From: the human T2T-CHM13v2.0 reference genome, Homo sapiens
DNA length: 64,000 nt
Direction: 5' to 3' (one strand)
Assembly: GCF_009914755.1 (NCBI RefSeq)
Contig: NC_060942.1
In this document: in pieces, positions 12,875 to 28,429 of the stretch
How positions within the stretch are numbered: position 1 is the first letter of the stretch
Layout of the letters: each line of letters opens with the position of its first letter
Notes under the pieces: model-generated
The model's input: only the letters and a program-made list of their open reading frames with translations
What the model was told of the DNA's origin: nothing
Database searches by the model: none
Program-made: the position numbers and the translations under genes

Positions 12875-13300
12875 ACTTCATGGAACAATGCAGTGTTCTA
12901 TGAAGTGCAATGTTTAACTGAATAAGAAACATACAGTAATTGTATAGAAATAGGGCTGTAGTGAGGAGTGAATGGGATAACAAGGTTAAAACTATCAATG
13001 TAGCGCCTGGCCCATGCTAAGCACTCAATACAAGAATAACCCTGGTGACACATATTATCTTCATCATAGTCAGATATTTCGAAAAGACTCCCAGGGAATA
13101 ATTATGGGCTTTGGAGCCCAGGGCAGAGGCAGGGCTTCTTGCTCCTGGGGCAGCTCCAGGAGGTGCTGACTGGAAGGGTTGAAAGGCCAAGGTCTGAAGA
13201 GTGGCTGAAGAGTGAGTGACCCTTAAGGGAGCATTTGAGTTCCAACCCCCACGTTTCCCCTCGTGCTGTTTTATTACTTTCTTAAAATCATTTCATTGCT

Positions 13301-13629
<329 letters not shown>

Positions 13630-14044
13630 TCAGAATAAAACCCTAAAGTTTTCTCAAAAGGGAAAATGTGTGTGTGTGTATTGGCTTGCTATTCGGTCAT
13701 ACCATGGTGACTTATGTCAAGGATTTATAAATACTTATTGTGCAAACACTATGGATCCTAGTCAGCATTCACTCAGGAACTCAACCTGCCTGTATTTTTA
13801 GGTTATCTTGAGATTTCTTTCTATTATTATTTTGCATGTAAGAGTGGTTCCCCTTTTTGCAGCTTCTTTTTCTGTCAATGGCAAGCTAAAAACCCACATT
13901 TGGAAAATATGACTATTCATTTGCTTAATTATCACATAAACTATTTTTTAAAATTGGAATCAGTCACTAACAAATCCTGCTGGGCTGTTTCCTCTGTCTG
14001 GACTCCTCACCCACTGGGATTTTTCCACTGAACTTTATGACATA

Positions 14045-14135
14045 CAGTAGCCCCCACCTTATCCATGGGGGATACATTCCAAGATCCTCAGTGGATGCCT
14101 GATGCCCCAAACAGAACCAAACCCTATATGTAAAT
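14045..14135 (+). mobile_element. MER44/Tigger7-type terminal fragment
   Basis: TA|CAGTAGCCCCCACCTTATCCATGGGGGATACATTCCAAGA. Confidence 0.65.
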
Positions 14136-14141
14136 AAATAA

Positions 14142-14143
<2 letters not shown>

Positions 14144-14177
<34 letters not shown>

Positions 14178-14192
14178 TCACACACACATATA
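14144..14192. repeat. (TA)n(CA)n microsatellite
   Basis: direct reading. Confidence 0.95.
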
Positions 14193-14789
14193 CACCAAGT
14201 AACAACAACAAAGTTATTATGTCCAGCTCTTCCGTAAAATAAACATCAACTTGTCATCTCTTTGTAAAACTGCACATCTAGTTATATTTTTTCAGGTATA
14301 GTTAAACAAAAAATACCTATTTTCGCAAGGTATTTGTAGGCCATATAGTTATTATCTTTGAATCCAAGCAGGAAGGCTTAGCAAAGGCTCTGTACAGAAA
14401 GCTGTCGTGTCTTGTATCAGGCTACAATTTTTTTTAAGTTAAATTTCCCAAAGACAGGCACAGCAGTTGGATATAAATGGCTTCTGAAGAAATCACATCT
14501 GTCTAAAAATGAAAATCATTTTTCATGCCTAGCAATTTTGAACTTTCCAATTGCTCTGTGAAAGTGTTTTATTCTCATACAATGAAAGGCAGAAAAACCA
14601 AAACCAGTGACGGGGAAAAAAATAACAATTCCTATACAACTACCATATGCTTTTGATTTAGGTAGTTCAGTGCTCAATATGTTGCTTTTTTGTATTCGTT
14701 TTTACTTTTCTGACTTTTAAACCAATGCACAAAATGGGAACTGGATTATTCAAAGGTAGAAGAAGAAGAAGAAATGCTGCTGCTGATGA

Positions 14790-15129
<340 letters not shown>

Positions 15130-16190
15130 GCCACCGAGTCTCTTTAGACTCCACTTGCGCTCCATGCTCCTCTTGACTTCTGACCCAATCTGCAAATGAG
15201 CGGATGCGGATCATCAGGTCGCTGCTTTCCCGTCTGGCATCACTAATCTTGTATGAATAGCATTAACTACAGAAAGCATTCATTGAGATCCATGTTTCCT
15301 ACTGTATTGCAGCCGATACTGGGACAACCACCACAGCAGCAGCAAACATTGCCTTGCTGTTACACATTTGTTTATTCAATCATTTCCTCATTCACTCAAC
15401 CAGCAATATTGCTGAATGTGCCTGGTACTCTCCTAGATACTGGAGATAGAGAGGAGCAAGAAGGTGGGGTGCTTTCCCTCAATGAACTTAAAGTCTCCTG
15501 GAGGACACAGATCTGTCATAACATGCCCATGGCAGGATAGGGTTCTCTTCCTCCTTTGTTGCTGTATTTCCTTCCTCTCCTCACTCTATTGGAAGTAGAA
15601 AATATTTGCATAATAACAAACGGAAGTTATGCCATGAATGGGATTCATGTTCCCATGGTAGGGATGGGTTTGTTTAGTAGTGATTTCAAGCTGAAGAATG
15701 ACAGCATCCACCACCCTCCCAGGAATGGGAACCTTTAGGTGAATGAGTCTCCTCACCGGACCAAGGGAACAGTAGCAGGATGGAGCTGGATCATGTATGG
15801 ACAGGGAGGTAGAGGAGAAGAGAAGAGCTCCAAAGGTTAGAAGGATTCTTAGACTCCCATATCTGGCTGAATTTCTAAAGACTAAAGATGTAAAGAGGGC
15901 AAGTCATGATCTGCACTACTTACAAGATCATGCAAATTCTATTCTAGAACTTGAGCATATCTGTGATCCACAAGGAGCACAATTGTCTTGTTTTCTTGTA
16001 ACAGACTCTACCACAGGACATGATACAGGGTTACACACCATTTCTCTAAATATTCCATTGAGATAAAAGTTTGTAATCAGATGATTCTTAATCTGATGTT
16101 ACTTTGATTGCTACACAGTTTAGTGTAGTGTTTGCTGAGAAGGCAACACAATAAAATAAAAGTAAAATCAGATTAAGAATCATCAGGATT

Positions 16191-16497
<307 letters not shown>

Positions 16498-16780
16498 GAT
16501 AAAGAATCATGAGAATGAAGCATTTGAGGCAACAAAAAGCATAGGAATCATACAACTGTGTGGAATGTATATATTTTTTGCTTTCAACTTTATTTATCAA
16601 ATTTTCAATGCTATTGGTCCTTTCAGGGTTGCTCGTTAGCTCCTCTATTCTCATAAGAATGGAGGTGGGGATGCTACTACTTCAAGATCCGCATCTTTTT
16701 CCTGTCCCTTATTCTCATTAATGAATTATCTTATTCATCAAATGTCTACTGAGCACCTATTTATCATAGGCCCTTGGCTA

Positions 16781-17236
<456 letters not shown>

Positions 17237-17352
17237 TCAAGGGGGGTGCAGCCAGGCTTTTCTGAAGTGAGAGAAGCCTTCCCAGAAGACTTGATGTAGG
17301 TAAAAGGCTGTTTAGAAACTTTCTAGATTGTCAAGGGGATGTGCATATTTCA

Positions 17353-17790
<438 letters not shown>

Positions 17791-17849
17791 AAATTAAAAA
17801 AAAATCTTCTAACTTCTCAGAGAAAATAACAGCCATGAGCATAAGCACC

Positions 17850-18260
17850 CAAAGTCATGATGCATCCCCAAATGTGATGAGACCTGTATCCACATTTATT
17901 TCTAATTGTGGCATCTCAACTCCCCACACCCAACAGAACAGTTGACTCTACAATGTCCTTGGGCATCCATCTCTCCCTTTCATCCCTCTAACACTGCTTG
18001 AATTCAAGCCCAATCCTTTTCCACCTGGTGATTACCAAAACCTCCTAACTGCTTCCAGTCTCAGTGCCATGCCCACCTCTCCTGGCCTCTTCAGTGTCCT
18101 CCCCCAGCCAAGGGAGTGAATGTTCTGAAATTCTCAGAATATTCTAGTTAGTGAATGTTCTAATACATCTGCTTGTTATACGCCTGTCTACGCATAGCAC
18201 AGACTTTAGTGGATCCCCATGGCCCGAGGCAAAGTTCAGGCTCCTCAGAGCAGCACTGAT
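17850..18260. mobile_element. L2 remnant
   Basis: CACCTGGTGATTACCAAAACCTCCTAACTG resembles L2; boundaries approximate. Confidence 0.5.
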
Positions 18261-18645
18261 GGTTCAGACTGACACCTTTGCCCACCTGCCATCCCCCCCT
18301 CTGCCACTTCCACACAAAGATTCCCCCAGCCACTGCAAAAACATCTGCCACTGTATAACTGCACCACAGCCTCACAACACGGAATGGCACTGTGGACAGT
18401 TTCAGCAGCCAGGCCTGGGCATGAGACATACTCCTTTTCAGGTTCCACTGGCTATCCCCAAGCTACAGAGGGGGCCTGGGAAATGCAGTCTGGCTGTGGC
18501 ACAAGAGGAAGAGAAAGCTGGTATTGCTGAGCAGCAGGCTGTCTGCTGTGGGTCCTTTAAACTGGTCTATGTATTTGACATTTGTCTTTTTCTTTTTATT
18601 CTATAAATTTTCTTTGACTATCTTGTTAACAGATTGCTCCTGTTC

Positions 18646-18989
<344 letters not shown>

Positions 18990-19154
18990 TGAGTAATATT
19001 AAGTTGTAGTTTCTGAAAGTTTTCTTATTTAAAAAAATTCTTTCTGTTTCCATTGGGGTCATTTATTCTGAATGTTCGTTTTAGCCCTAGTGTGTCTTGT
19101 GCTGTTGGGGTACCTCAAATCATGATTGCAAATGCTTGCTTATTGTTTGCCGGG

Positions 19155-19365
19155 TACTATTATAAGCATTTACATACGCAATCATTTAATATTTAAAAAG
19201 CCTCTCTAAGGTAAGGACTATTACTAACCTCAATATAGAGATAAGGAAACTGAGGCACAGGGTTTCCCTCACACAGGTAAGGAAACTGATCTGTGCCCAG
19301 GTCCACACAGTTAGTAAGTGAAGGAGCTGGACCCAAATCCAGACAGTCTGACCCTACAGTCTTCC
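19155..19365 (-). mobile_element. MIR
   Basis: AGATAAGGAAACTGAGGCACAG core; GGACCCAAATCCAGACAGTCTGAC. Confidence 0.75.
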
Positions 19366-20011
19366 TTTCAAATGGGTAGTGCACTTTGGATATCTGTTTG
19401 TGGTTAAAAGTTTCAAGCACTAAATTAGTCAATGTAGGCAGTTGTCAGAGGCTTTCTCTGCTTTTGTGTAAAGAGGACAAATCACAATAATAATTTCTAT
19501 ATGCTCCATTCTCCTCAACTCTCTGACATTTCTTTTTCTTTTCAGTGCAGGTTTCTCATACTTCCGGAGAAATAGAAAGCACCAGATGACAGCCACCACA
19601 CACTTTTGTCCCCATTGCAATAGGATGCTTCTAACAATCGTAAAATTATGAAACACTGAATTCCTTAAAAGTTGTCCATTTGTGGATTTATCTGATGGTA
19701 ACTATTAAATATTTAAAAGTAACTTTAATGAATCTACTTATGATGATTGAGTAATCTATTCTCTGAATTCCACCAAAAAACCATTTTATGACCACAGTCA
19801 TAACGAACATATTTCTATAGTCCTAAGCTGGCAAGATAAATAGAGAACAGTTCATAATATAAACAATATATTTATTTATTCCTAAACTAATAAGATGACT
19901 ATCAATCTGTAAGAGACTATGAAAATCAATACCGTATACTTGGTATAGTTGGTGAGAATTTCAGGAGCATGTTTGTTCTTTTATTTGTGTTTTGGAAGAT
20001 ACTTAGCCCAC

Positions 20012-20265
<254 letters not shown>

Positions 20266-20334
20266 TACTTAGCCAACTTTTAAGGACAAGTCCAGCCATC
20301 CTTATCCTTCACAGCAAATAACAAACATAGTGAT

Positions 20335-20640
20335 TTGTGGGGGTGAAGAGATGTTGGTCAAGGGGTATGAAAGTACAGTCAGATAAAAGGAATGTGTCCT
20401 AGATTTGATAGAATACTAGGGAAATTACAGTTAACAAAAATTTATTGTACACTTCAAAGTAGCTAGAAGCAAAGAACTGTAATGTCCCCAACACAAAGAA
20501 AAGATAAATGTTTGGGGTGATAATATCTCAATTACTCTGATTTGATCATTACACATTGTATGCAGGTATCAAAATATCACATATCCCCCCAAAATATGTA
20601 CAACTGTTGTATATTAATAAAAATAAATACAAACAAAAAG
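20335..20640 (+). mobile_element. L1MA-type 3' end
   Basis: ACACAAAGAAAAGATAAATGTTTGGGGTGAT...GATTTGATCATTACACATTGTATGC..., A-rich tail. Confidence 0.85.
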
Positions 20641-22704
20641 ACCCAAATAGTTATTAATTATAGTGTAAATATTAGACTAGAGCCATTCTGGACAAGCACC
20701 TGTTCAACACCATATCCTCATTTTCTGGCACCCAGTAGACACTGCGGAAGTATTTTTGATTGGTCCTGCAGAGGTTCTACCCCAACCTCACCAGGTGCAG
20801 GTGGATGCCAGGTGCCAGCCTGGGAGAGGCTCTAAGTTCTAAAGAGTGTGTCGGTGGATGGTGTGCTTTCATCTTTTAGTTCATATGGCCCTGCCTTTTA
20901 TTAACAGCACAGAACACTGGGCCCAGACTCTTGCGAGAACATGCCTTTGAACTGTTTGCTGCTCACCTTTTAGTGAAAGCTCTTGACAGAAATATTAAAG
21001 AGAAAGTGTTTAAAGGATGTGTGGTCAATGCATTCCTGACGGTGACTCTTCTGTGGATTGAAAGCTCTGAAGTCCCACGCTGGAAAAACACTTAGAGAGA
21101 CTTACAGAGATAATGGTGTGTATAACTTCAGAGGCCTGTGCTCTCTCTTGAAGTGCATATTGACGCCCTAGAGGGTTCTGTCCATGATGAAAAATAGGCT
21201 TCAGTTTTTGCCATCTCTAATCAATTGGTAGTGAAGACCAAGAGCACTGTTTTGAAATGGATCTGAGCCTAGTTTTGTCCAAGCAGAAAAGAGTTCTATG
21301 ATGGATCCACACACCCTAAGTTGGGGTGAGGAAGCTGCTGGGCCACGGGCTATGATTTTGGTATCCTTACTCTGGAAATTAAGGTAGTCTACTAGCAAGC
21401 TGTGTGTGTTGACCACACACTTTCTAATGTATCCAGAACATTGCTTCCATTGAGTTGGACTTGGTCATTATATCCTGTTTGCTTTTAGGGAAAATTTAAA
21501 AAAGTTTCCCATGACACCTGCCTTCACTTTTTTTGTCAGAATGTCATTGAAAAACACTGGCTACGACATATCAGAAAAAATGTCCTTGTCAGACCTAAGT
21601 GTCAGGAAAATCTTTGCTTCACTGAAGAATTTTATTCTTTCAGGACAAAATATGAGTGACATAATATACAGTATTCCTCTTTGCTTCGGCTTTTAGGAAT
21701 ATCAGCTTAATGTCAACAATTGCATAGCACACTATAACAAAAATCATACAATGATACTAATTTTTATTTATATCTCTATCCATCAATCTATCCCACTGTT
21801 GAGCTAACAATTCTTACAAGCCACTCCAAATTCTTTGTGGAACAAATCAAGATATATAAAGGTAAACAAATAATATTGTATAGATGTTGATATTTTAATT
21901 CTCCCATGAAAAACAAAAGTTCTCCTTCCTTTGGCTTCAGAAAATTCATTAATTTTCCAACTTTAAGACTGAAGAGTAATGAACACATGCTATCAGCAGA
22001 TTTAAGTATCTAACTACAGTTCAAGCCTTCCCTTTCATATTCCTTTCCAGTATGACTGAATAACTTCTTTTCCCTAGAGACAGATATTTAGCCTTCAATT
22101 TTATATAGGAGAAAGAACACAAAATTTTAAAATATAAAAGCAATATAAATCTACAGTGGTCTTCAGAGTTGTTCATTTTTAATATAAATAAATTACTAGT
22201 TCAAATAACTTCTCCAAAACAAGTTTCCCAGACCACCAAGGCAGCCGCTGGTGAGCGGCCTCACCTGTTATCATCAGTCTTTTCTCATCACACTTCCCTA
22301 TTTAAGTGTGGAATTGTTCCCAGTTCAAAGATATATGGGAGAGAAGTGGCTGGATGGGTAGGATACACAGAAAACCTTGTGTACATTCTTTGGGAGAAGC
22401 TTCTAGAGAAGAATCTGAGCCACAACAGATTACCCTTGGGGAAGTTTGTGGCTATCATCATGAAGGAAGGCTTAACCATTACACAAATCTTTGGAATACT
22501 TTTCTTCTGAATTTCTTAGGCCCAGGAGGCTCTATTGCTCAAGTTCATTTTGAAGCACACTGGTTTCAAGACCTGCGTAAGTGTTCCTTGAATTAAAAAA
22601 AATCTTTCTCAAGCTCTAGGTATGCTGACAAGTTTGGTAGACCAGAAGTGTGATACTTCTACCTGCGAGGCTCCAGCGGAGTCAGCACTGCAAGGGAGAA
22701 GGCA

Positions 22705-22905
22705 GGGCTCCTGAGCTCAGTTCAGGGTCAGTGCCTTACTTCCTGTGTGATCTCTGCAAAGTGATTTAGTCAACCTCTCAGTCTCAGTTTTCTCATACAT
22801 AAAGTAGGGATAAAAGTCATATCCAGCTTGCAGATTGACTGTGCAGATTAAATGCATGTCATGTAAAGCACGTGGAGTATACTAAAGGCTCAATAAATAC
22901 TAGTT
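22705..22905 (+). mobile_element. MIR
   Basis: CTCAGTTTTCTCATACATAAAGTAGGGATAA...GCTCAATAAATAC. Confidence 0.7.
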
Positions 22906-24067
22906 CCCTCCCTTCACCTTTCAGCCCCTCATCTCCCCAGCAATATTTTCAGATGAATAAGAGGTGAGAATTTTCAGTCTTATTTACACCAAAGATCACG
23001 TTTGGGTAGTCAAAATAAAAGTGACCATATAATCTAAGGAAATAAGTGAGTTATGTGTTCTTAGAACAGGACAGAATAATTAAAAGCAGGGCTGTGCAGA
23101 AAACCTGGAAATATGTTGCACATCATCTCTGCATCCTTCCCTCACTCCTCCTTCTCTCTCCCTCAGGGTAGTAGAGCAAAGAAAGTAGAACTCAGGGCAG
23201 GGCTTGTGTCTGTTTTGTTCACTCGTGTACACCAAGGGTGTAAAATCCTCATACAGATTTGATGCTCAATAAATATTTGATAAACTGAATACTCAGAAAG
23301 AAAGCAGAAATGGTTTGGGACTTCATATCCTGTTTTCCCTGGAGTTCAGCATAAATAAAATAATTATTTCTAACAAAAAAGTTAAAGAAAGTCTTTAATC
23401 TTCTACCACAGAAAAAGGTATTGGATTTTTACTCATTTTCCTCAAGCACATACCCAAAAAATGCTCCCAAACAAATAAACATCAGTAAACAATTTCTGGA
23501 AACCCAATGTAGCAATAGGTTACAAATAAAGCAAAGAGTGCCCCTGCTGAAACTGCTGTTTATCTTGCAAGGGCCCTCCAGGGTGGAGCTCTCGCCCTCT
23601 CCTGGCTCAGCCTTAAACTTCACTATAAGTAAGCAGAATACAGCGGAGACAAGAGGAAGTAGTTCATTTGCATAATACAAACAAAGACTCTCAGGTGAAT
23701 GGTTTGCCAGTTATCAATGTTTGCTTTGCCGATTAGTGAAACAATCTACCAGTAAGTCTACCTAAAGCCTAATGTGCTATACTTTTTTTTTTTTTCCAGA
23801 AAGTTGGTCAATGGAGAAGGCATCAATTGGCAACATTCGGTTGGACCAGTTAATGATTCAGTTTGCTTTTCAAAAGATACTAGCAGACAGCATTAATCTT
23901 ATCACTCTCTTTAAGTATAATCTGGACGCAGAAAATCACTCACATGCCTTAAGTTAGGTTGGTAACCAAAATATCCATTGTTTCTCTGGATACTAACAAC
24001 GATTATATTAATAGAAATAGCAGGGACTGTGAAGATTGGCTATGACAAGTGATGCTGTGGTTTACTC

Positions 24068-24466
24068 TGACTTAGGTTTGCTTCCATGGAGGTCTGATTG
24101 TGAGATGGAGATCTGTGGGGAGTTCCACTGGGATGTGCTCTGGGCAAAACCACTATGACAGCAGTGAAGGAAGAAGGATCGGGTGGGAGGGGCACGCTGG
24201 AGTCCCGAGCTGGGATGCCCTTCAGAACTGGCCCAAACTGAAGCAGTGGGGATGAGTCTTTGTATCCCCCGCAGTGGCCAGACATTGGATGTGGGCTGCC
24301 CAGGGAGGAAGCATGACCTCGTGTGAGGCAGCTCCCTTTGGCCAAAGGCAATTTTCCAGAAGGGATACAGCTGAGAGCTGTCAGGTGCCACCAATTCCAG
24401 CAGCTGGCAGAACGAGTACCTTGGCTCTGAAGGAGTATCTGGGTCGCCAACTACAGCATCCGCTAA
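24068..24466 (-). mobile_element. LTR16-family ERVL solo LTR (LTR16C-like)
   Basis: Reverse strand reads TAGCGGATGCTGTAG...CCCAGATACTCCTTCAG...GACAGCTCTCAGCTG...GCAGCCCACATCCAATG. Confidence 0.75.
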
Positions 24467-25725
24467 AACCGGCAAGTTTAAATAACAAAATATTTAGGAA
24501 TGAGTACTTCCCATGTAACCTGCATATAAAGGACATTTAACAAATATTTGTCGAATGAATAAATGAGTGGTTATTAGGATGGAAGAATGATCAGTAGTGG
24601 ATGTAAACTCCATCAGAAGGGATTTAAATAAGGCTGAAGACAAATACAGAATTATAATAATAAACCACTCAGAGCAGAAGAACTTTCAGCCTAGATATCT
24701 GTATTATGACTTCGTCATTAGATTTAATTATTTGAATTCTGAATTTAAGCTTTACAGCAAAAGTAGAGGGGAAAGATGGAAAAGGTACTCCGATTTGGGG
24801 GGTCAAGGTTCAATAAGTGAGGGTTCCCCACTCACTTGGAAAGGGCTATCATTCTATACATAAGAATTTGACAGAAAAACTCAAGGCTTTAAAAAGGAAA
24901 TAATTAGTCTGTGTGAAGCAGCTGAAAGAAGTGAAAAACATCATTGACTGAATTTTTTCAAAATTAATGACTCTTCCTGCTTGGAGCTCTTTCAACTACA
25001 GTAATCAACATCTAAAATTCTTGCGAAGGTCATTTCTGAGCACAGTCTATTCTGCTCCATCTAATGATCCAATTCCTCTTCCTCTGAGTGTCTGGGCATG
25101 CTCATCTTGCAGCCAGCCGTCTAATCACAAAGACATTTTCCCGACATTATGCATTAGAAGATGCCCCTTACTTTATAAAGTTATATAAATTAGAATCTAT
25201 TTTATCCAGGGGCTTATATGGTTAATTTCAAAGATGCTTTATCTTCTTTTCTCAGTGGTCTTCATACCAAAATAGATTCTGACACTTAACCTATAAACAC
25301 TTCCGTCGCTTAAGATTTATCTGATTAAAAGCTTATAAATACACATTTTCATATACTTACAAGATATAATTTTTTATGCAAAAGAGTCTTCTTAAAATGA
25401 AAAGTCCTTTTCGTTTTCATTATGCAAATGTGTATTTTCCAGACTTGCCTTTATAACTCTTCAATGTCTTTGGGGAAGAATATTCTGTCCATATAAGGCA
25501 AATATAACTTATTGGCACTTCACAGATTTGTTTCTGTAGCTTAAGATAGTCAGGTTGTTTGGGGGAATTTTTTTGTTCTAATGATTTAAATATTTTATTC
25601 TAATTATTAGAATATATCATTTAACTAGATTATTAAGTAGATACTTCTTCTGTGTTGCAGGATCAATCTTTAACCAGGGTACCTGGCTATGCCTGTCCAA
25701 GGAATCTAGGAAACGAGACACATAG

Positions 25726-25771
25726 GCGCGCGCGTGTGCGCGCACACACACACACATACACACGCACACAC
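25726..25771. repeat. (CG/TG/CA)n alternating purine-pyrimidine tract
   Basis: GCGCGCGCGTGTGCGCGCACACACA... Confidence 0.95.
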
Positions 25772-25829
25772 CCCCTTCCCTCCCAAAACCTGAAATTTCA
25801 CCAAGAGCAAATTCTATGACCTATAAAGG

Positions 25830-26266
25830 GCATATAATTTTATATATTTCAGGGAGACATAGTACATCCATCAATACATGTAAGATTTACATTGGTTTGA
25901 TCTGGAAGGGTGGGACAACTCACGTTTTATGTAGATTTAAACATATTCTGATTGGCAACTGGTTGAGTTTTTATCTATACAAAGGAATGTCTGGGTTATG
26001 GTAGGGGTTGTGGAGACCTAGGTTTTATCGTGCAGATGAAGCCTCCAAGTAGCAGGCTTCAGAGAGAATAGACTGTAAATGTTTCTCACCAGACTTAAGG
26101 TCTGTGTTGATGTTAATGCTGGAGGGGTATTGTGAGGCATGTCCAACCCCCGACTTCCTGTCATGGCCTGAACCAGTCTTTCAGGTTAAATTTTAGAGCG
26201 CCTGGCTGAGGAGGAAGTACATTCAGATGGTTGTGAGGGGCCTTTGAATTTTATTTTTGGTTTATC
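25830..26266 (-). mobile_element. MER4-family ERV1 LTR (MER4A1-like), partial
   Basis: Reverse strand begins AAACCAAAAATAAAATTC; body GCAGATGAAGCCTCCAAGTAGCAGGCTTCAGAGAGAATAG. Confidence 0.8.
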
Positions 26267-26474
26267 GTCCCAAGGTTTAGCTACATGAATAATAATTCTA
26301 TGCTTTTAAAATGTTAATTCATTCATTCTACAGACTTCTTGAGTAACCGTTATGTGCCAGGTCCTGGGCTGGGGAGGAGGACCTCATATAAATTAGGACT
26401 TGATGTAGTTTGGATATATGTCCCCACTAAATCTCATGTTGAAACATAATCCTTGGTGTTGGAGGTGGAGCCTG

Positions 26475-27196
26475 TGAAACTGCCTTAGCAAAAATTATAA
26501 CTGAGGAAATTATGACAGTGAAAGAGACCTGACCTAACCAACTCCATCTTGCTTCTAACCTCTCAGCTGTCCTTGTTTATTCCTGGGTGTAGGCCAAACT
26601 AAGCTTGGGAAGGAATTTAGTTCATAGTTTAACTTTGAAACAAAGATGATAATAAATCCCCTTCTTAACGGGGGACCAGTCGGCCTTTGTAGGACTAAGA
26701 AACTAGTTACAAGATTAGAAATTACAGTTAGGAGCCATACGGCCTCTGGTTGCAAGAGTCTGAACCTCCCCAGATTGCTCCTGGGAATAACATTACTGTT
26801 GTAAACCCTAAGATCAGTGCTTGAGTTATTTTGCACAACCTGTGTTCTGTTCTGATGGACCAGCTGACACCACCCAGACTGGTAAACTGGTTCAACCAGC
26901 TCGGCAATCCCACCCATGAATAGTAGACCGCAAGAAAAACTCACTTCGGCGCCTTACGATTTCATCTCCAACCCAAGCAATCAGCACTCCCCACTTCCTG
27001 AGCCCCTACTTGCCAAATTATCCTTAAAAACTCCGATCCCCAAGTTTTGGGGGAGACTGATTTGAGTAATAATAAAACTCTAGTCTCCTGTACAGGCGGC
27101 TCTGCGTGAATTACTCTTTCTTTATTGCAATTCCCCTGTCTTGATAAATCGGCTCTGTCTAGGCAGCAGGCAAGGAGAATCCATGGAGCAGTTACA
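26475..27196 (+). mobile_element. LTR8-family (LTR8A-like) ERV1 solo LTR
   Basis: TGAAACTGCCTTAGCAAAAATTATAACTGAG ... GCAGTTACA; 4-bp TSD CCTG at 26471-26474 and 27197-27200. Confidence 0.88.
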
Positions 27197-27511
27197 CCTG
27201 GTGGGAGGTACTTGGGTCATCAGGGCAAGTCCTTCATAGCCTGGGGCTGTGCTCAACACAGTGAGTGATTTCTTGTGAGATCTGGTTGCTTAAAAGTGTG
27301 TGGTACCTCCCACTGTCTCTCTTTCTCTCTTGCTCCTGCTTTTGCCATGTGACATGCCTACTCTTGCTTCACCTTCTGCCATGAGTAAAGGCTCCCTGAG
27401 GTCTCCCCAGAAGCCAAGCAGATGCTGGTGCCATGCTTGTACAGCCTCCAGAACCTCAAGAGAATTAAACTCCTCTTCTTTGTAAAATTGCCTGGTCTCA
27501 GGTATTTCTTT

Positions 27512-27825
27512 TCTTTTCTTTTTCTTTCTTTTTTTCTTTTTTTAGACCGAGACTTGCTCTGTCGCCCAGGCTGGAGTGCAATGGCGCGATCTTGGCTCAC
27601 TACAACCTCCGCCTCCTGGATTCAAGCAATTCTCCTGTCTTCAGCCTCCCAAGTAGCTGGGATTGCAGGTATGGGCCACCATGCCAGGCTAATTTTTGTA
27701 TTTTTAGTAGAGATAGGGATTCCCCGTGTTGGTCAGGCTGGTCTCAAACTCCTGACCTAAGGTGATCTGCCTGTCTCAGCCTCCCAAAGTGCTGGGATTA
27801 CAGGCGTGAGCCACTGTGCCCAGCC
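27512..27825 (-). mobile_element. AluS inserted in the MST LTR
   Basis: TSD TCTCAGGTATTTCTTT at 27496-27511 and 27826-27841. Confidence 0.95.
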
Positions 27826-28429
27826 TCTCAGGTATTTCTTTATAGCAACACAAGAACAGACTAACACAGAACTCAAATGAATGAGTTCTGTCCTCAACTG
27901 CAGTAACTGTAAGGAGGTATTATCACATTTTCTGTCCCCTAGTGAGAAAGACTAATCCTTTAAAACTACAGTAAGTTCACATTGTATGAGACTCAAGCTG
28001 AGCTTTCATGAAGGCTCTCAAACAGAGTTGGTGTTTTTATAGTATTGTTCACATGTTCTTAATTTTGTTTTTTCCTCAACTTTTAAATGTTCAGAAAACT
28101 TTTTTAAACATAGACTTTAGATAAGAAAATTTAAGATGATTGTGAACTGCATGATATTTTATTATCGTCAATCCACAGAATGCTTCTATTTTGTTTCATT
28201 TACTTTGGTTTTACTTTGTTCTCTATTATCTTCTGTCTCTAATCTCACAGCCCCCTCCAACCATAGTCAGCTTTTATTATATATATATGAAATATATAAT
28301 ATTTATAATATATATGTTCATCCATTCTACCTTTTACACACACACACACACACCACACACACACAGAGAAGATGTGAAAAATTTTTGCATTCACTGTGCT
28401 TAATTTACATAGATGATACTGTGGCATAA

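Larger units (their letters stand above)
26401..27868 (+). mobile_element. MST (MaLR) solo LTR interrupted by LTR8 and an Alu
   Basis: TGATGTAGTTTGGAT...CTAACACA; 5-bp flanks GGACT/GAACT. Confidence 0.85.
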
